From assembly GCA_038222225.1 (NCBI GenBank), contig JBBRHV010000003.1:10331-74330 (forward strand): 64,000 bases of DNA. The letters are read 5' to 3'. Positions 62,818 to 64,000 of the stretch are shown here, one piece after another. How positions within the stretch are numbered: position 1 is the stretch's first letter; each line of letters opens with the position of its first letter. This DNA comes from Candidatus Omnitrophota bacterium (lineage in GTDB: Bacteria > Omnitrophota > Gorgyraeia > Zapsychrales > JANLHA01). Under the pieces are notes generated by a model. The model saw nothing but the letters and a program-made list of their open reading frames with translations. It had not been told where the DNA came from and made no database searches. Made by a program: the position numbers and the translations under genes.

Positions 62818-64000
62818 TTAATACATAAATAACATCTCAGCATACGATGGCACCGGCCAAAGATCTTTCGGCACCAGACCCTCAAGCTCATCGATCGGCT
62901 TACGCACAGCCTTCATCGCCTCCTTGATCTTCAAAGGATCAGCCTTGGCAACCGCCTGATCAATTTTTTCCGTCAGGCTCAGTGCCTTTTCGGCTAAACT
63001 TGTGATCTCATCAAGGATCTTTCGCTGCCCGATCATTTTTGTTTTCGTTAAAGACTCCACCGACTTAATCGAGTCTGCCAGTTCTTCCTGATACGTGACA
63101 ACCACCGGAATATACATAGTCTTAACCATGTCTGAGGCCAGCTTGCCTTCATAATCCAGAATTGTGTTATACATCTCCGAATAGACTTCAAAACGGCTCA
63201 CAAGCTCTGTCTTATTCAAAACGCTATGACGGGCAAACAGATCAATGACCTCTTTGCTCTTCATGAACGGTAAAGCTTCCGGCGTTGTTTTCAAATTCGG
63301 CAGGCCGCGCTTTTCAGCTTCCTTAACCCACGCTTCCGTATAATTATCGCCGTTAAAAAGGATTCTCTTGTGCTTCTTAACAATTTTCTGTAAAAGCTTT
63401 TGCACGGCTACATTGAAATCCTTTTTACTGACTTTTTCTAACTCGTCACAGATTTCCACCAGAACATCTGCAACGATGGTATTCAAAATCAGGTTCGGAC
63501 CGGCTAAACTCTGATTAGATCCGGCCGCGCGAAACTCGAACTTCGCGCCCGTAAATGCAAACGGCGATGTCCGGTTGCGGTCAGTGGCGTCGCGCGGGAG
63601 ATCCGGAAGAGAATCCACGCCGACCTTCAGCGTTCCGCCCTGCTTGGATGTCTTGGCGTCGCCCTTCTCGATCTGATCAATAATATCCTGCAGCTGTTCC
63701 CCCAAGAAGATCGAAATAATCGCCGGAGGCGCTTCATGAGAACCTAAACGATGATCATTGCCGGCTGAAGCAACTGCAGCGCGCAATGCCGGCGCCCATG
63801 TATCGACCGCTTTAATGACAGCGCACAGCATCACCAAAAACTTGGCATTGTCATGAGGATTATCCCCCGGAGAAAGCCAATTCTTGCCGTCGGATCCGAC
63901 AACAGACCAGTTGTTGTGTTTGCCTGAACCGTTAATGCCTGCGAACGGTTTTTCATGCAACAGGCAGGCCAAATTATGCTTTTCGGCAACCTTCTGCATG
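62818..64000 (-). CDS. glnA: glutamine synthetase type III, 5'-partial
   Basis: HEKPF.G.NGSGKHNNWS, DRNRTSPFAFTG.KFEFR. Confidence 0.95.
   Translation of the reverse strand, partial: MQKVAEKHNLACLLHEKPFAGINGSGKHNNWSVVGSDGKNWLSPGDNPHDNAKFLVMLCAVIKAVDTWAPALRAAVASAGNDHRLGSHEAPPAIISIFLGEQLQDIIDQIEKGDAKTSKQGGTLKVGVDSLPDLPRDATDRNRTSPFAFTGAKFEFRAAGSNQSLAGPNLILNTIVADVLVEICDELEKVSKKDFNVAVQKLLQKIVKKHKRILFNGDNYTEAWVKEAEKRGLPNLKTTPEALPFMKSKEVIDLFARHSVLNKTELVSRFEVYSEMYNTILDYEGKLASDMVKTMYIPVVVTYQEELADSIKSVESLTKTKMIGQRKILDEITSLAEKALSLTEKIDQAVAKADPLKIKEAMKAVRKPIDELEGLVPKDLWPVPSYAEMLFMY

Overview
Bacterial window, probably Ca. Omnitrophota (inferred from giant-protein N/C-terminal motifs at ~52 kb and overall gene content; not provable without a search). 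It has two halves. Left (1-37.3 kb): a more AT-rich accessory region, almost all on the minus strand, downstream of tRNA-Glu(CTC) at 37323-37399. Five displaced tRNA-Glu 3'-end remnants (868, 29183, 30183, 33958, 37137), each with a terminator, divide it into tandem units, and three carry a conserved ~310-440 bp end repeat with fixed-spacing CATTTACTA boxes. Cargo: Fic-HTH plus IS3; MNT-HEPN plus a truncated Fic and its antitoxin; AbrB-RelE TA; DUF1016-thermonuclease; REP-flanked single genes; and a stress/signalling block (FixLJ-like pair with a Cys-less LOV-like domain, c-di-GMP enzymes, ECF sigma, BON, entericidin, DUF3494-PEP-CTERM, GH15-like/GT4/cls). No integrase is in the window. Right (38-64 kb): core genes (FIST-HK-RR/GGDEF, rpe, tRNA-Leu(GAG), pyrG, purF, carAB, SSS symporter, gltBD, nadE, GATase, GSIII). 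Most unusual signals: the tRNA-anchored cassette array; tRNA-Glu copies expanded by hairpin insertions at arm junctions; a 5'-identical shadow copy upstream of both tRNAs; a collapsed giant-protein gene; and a possible UTP-sensing leader before carA.
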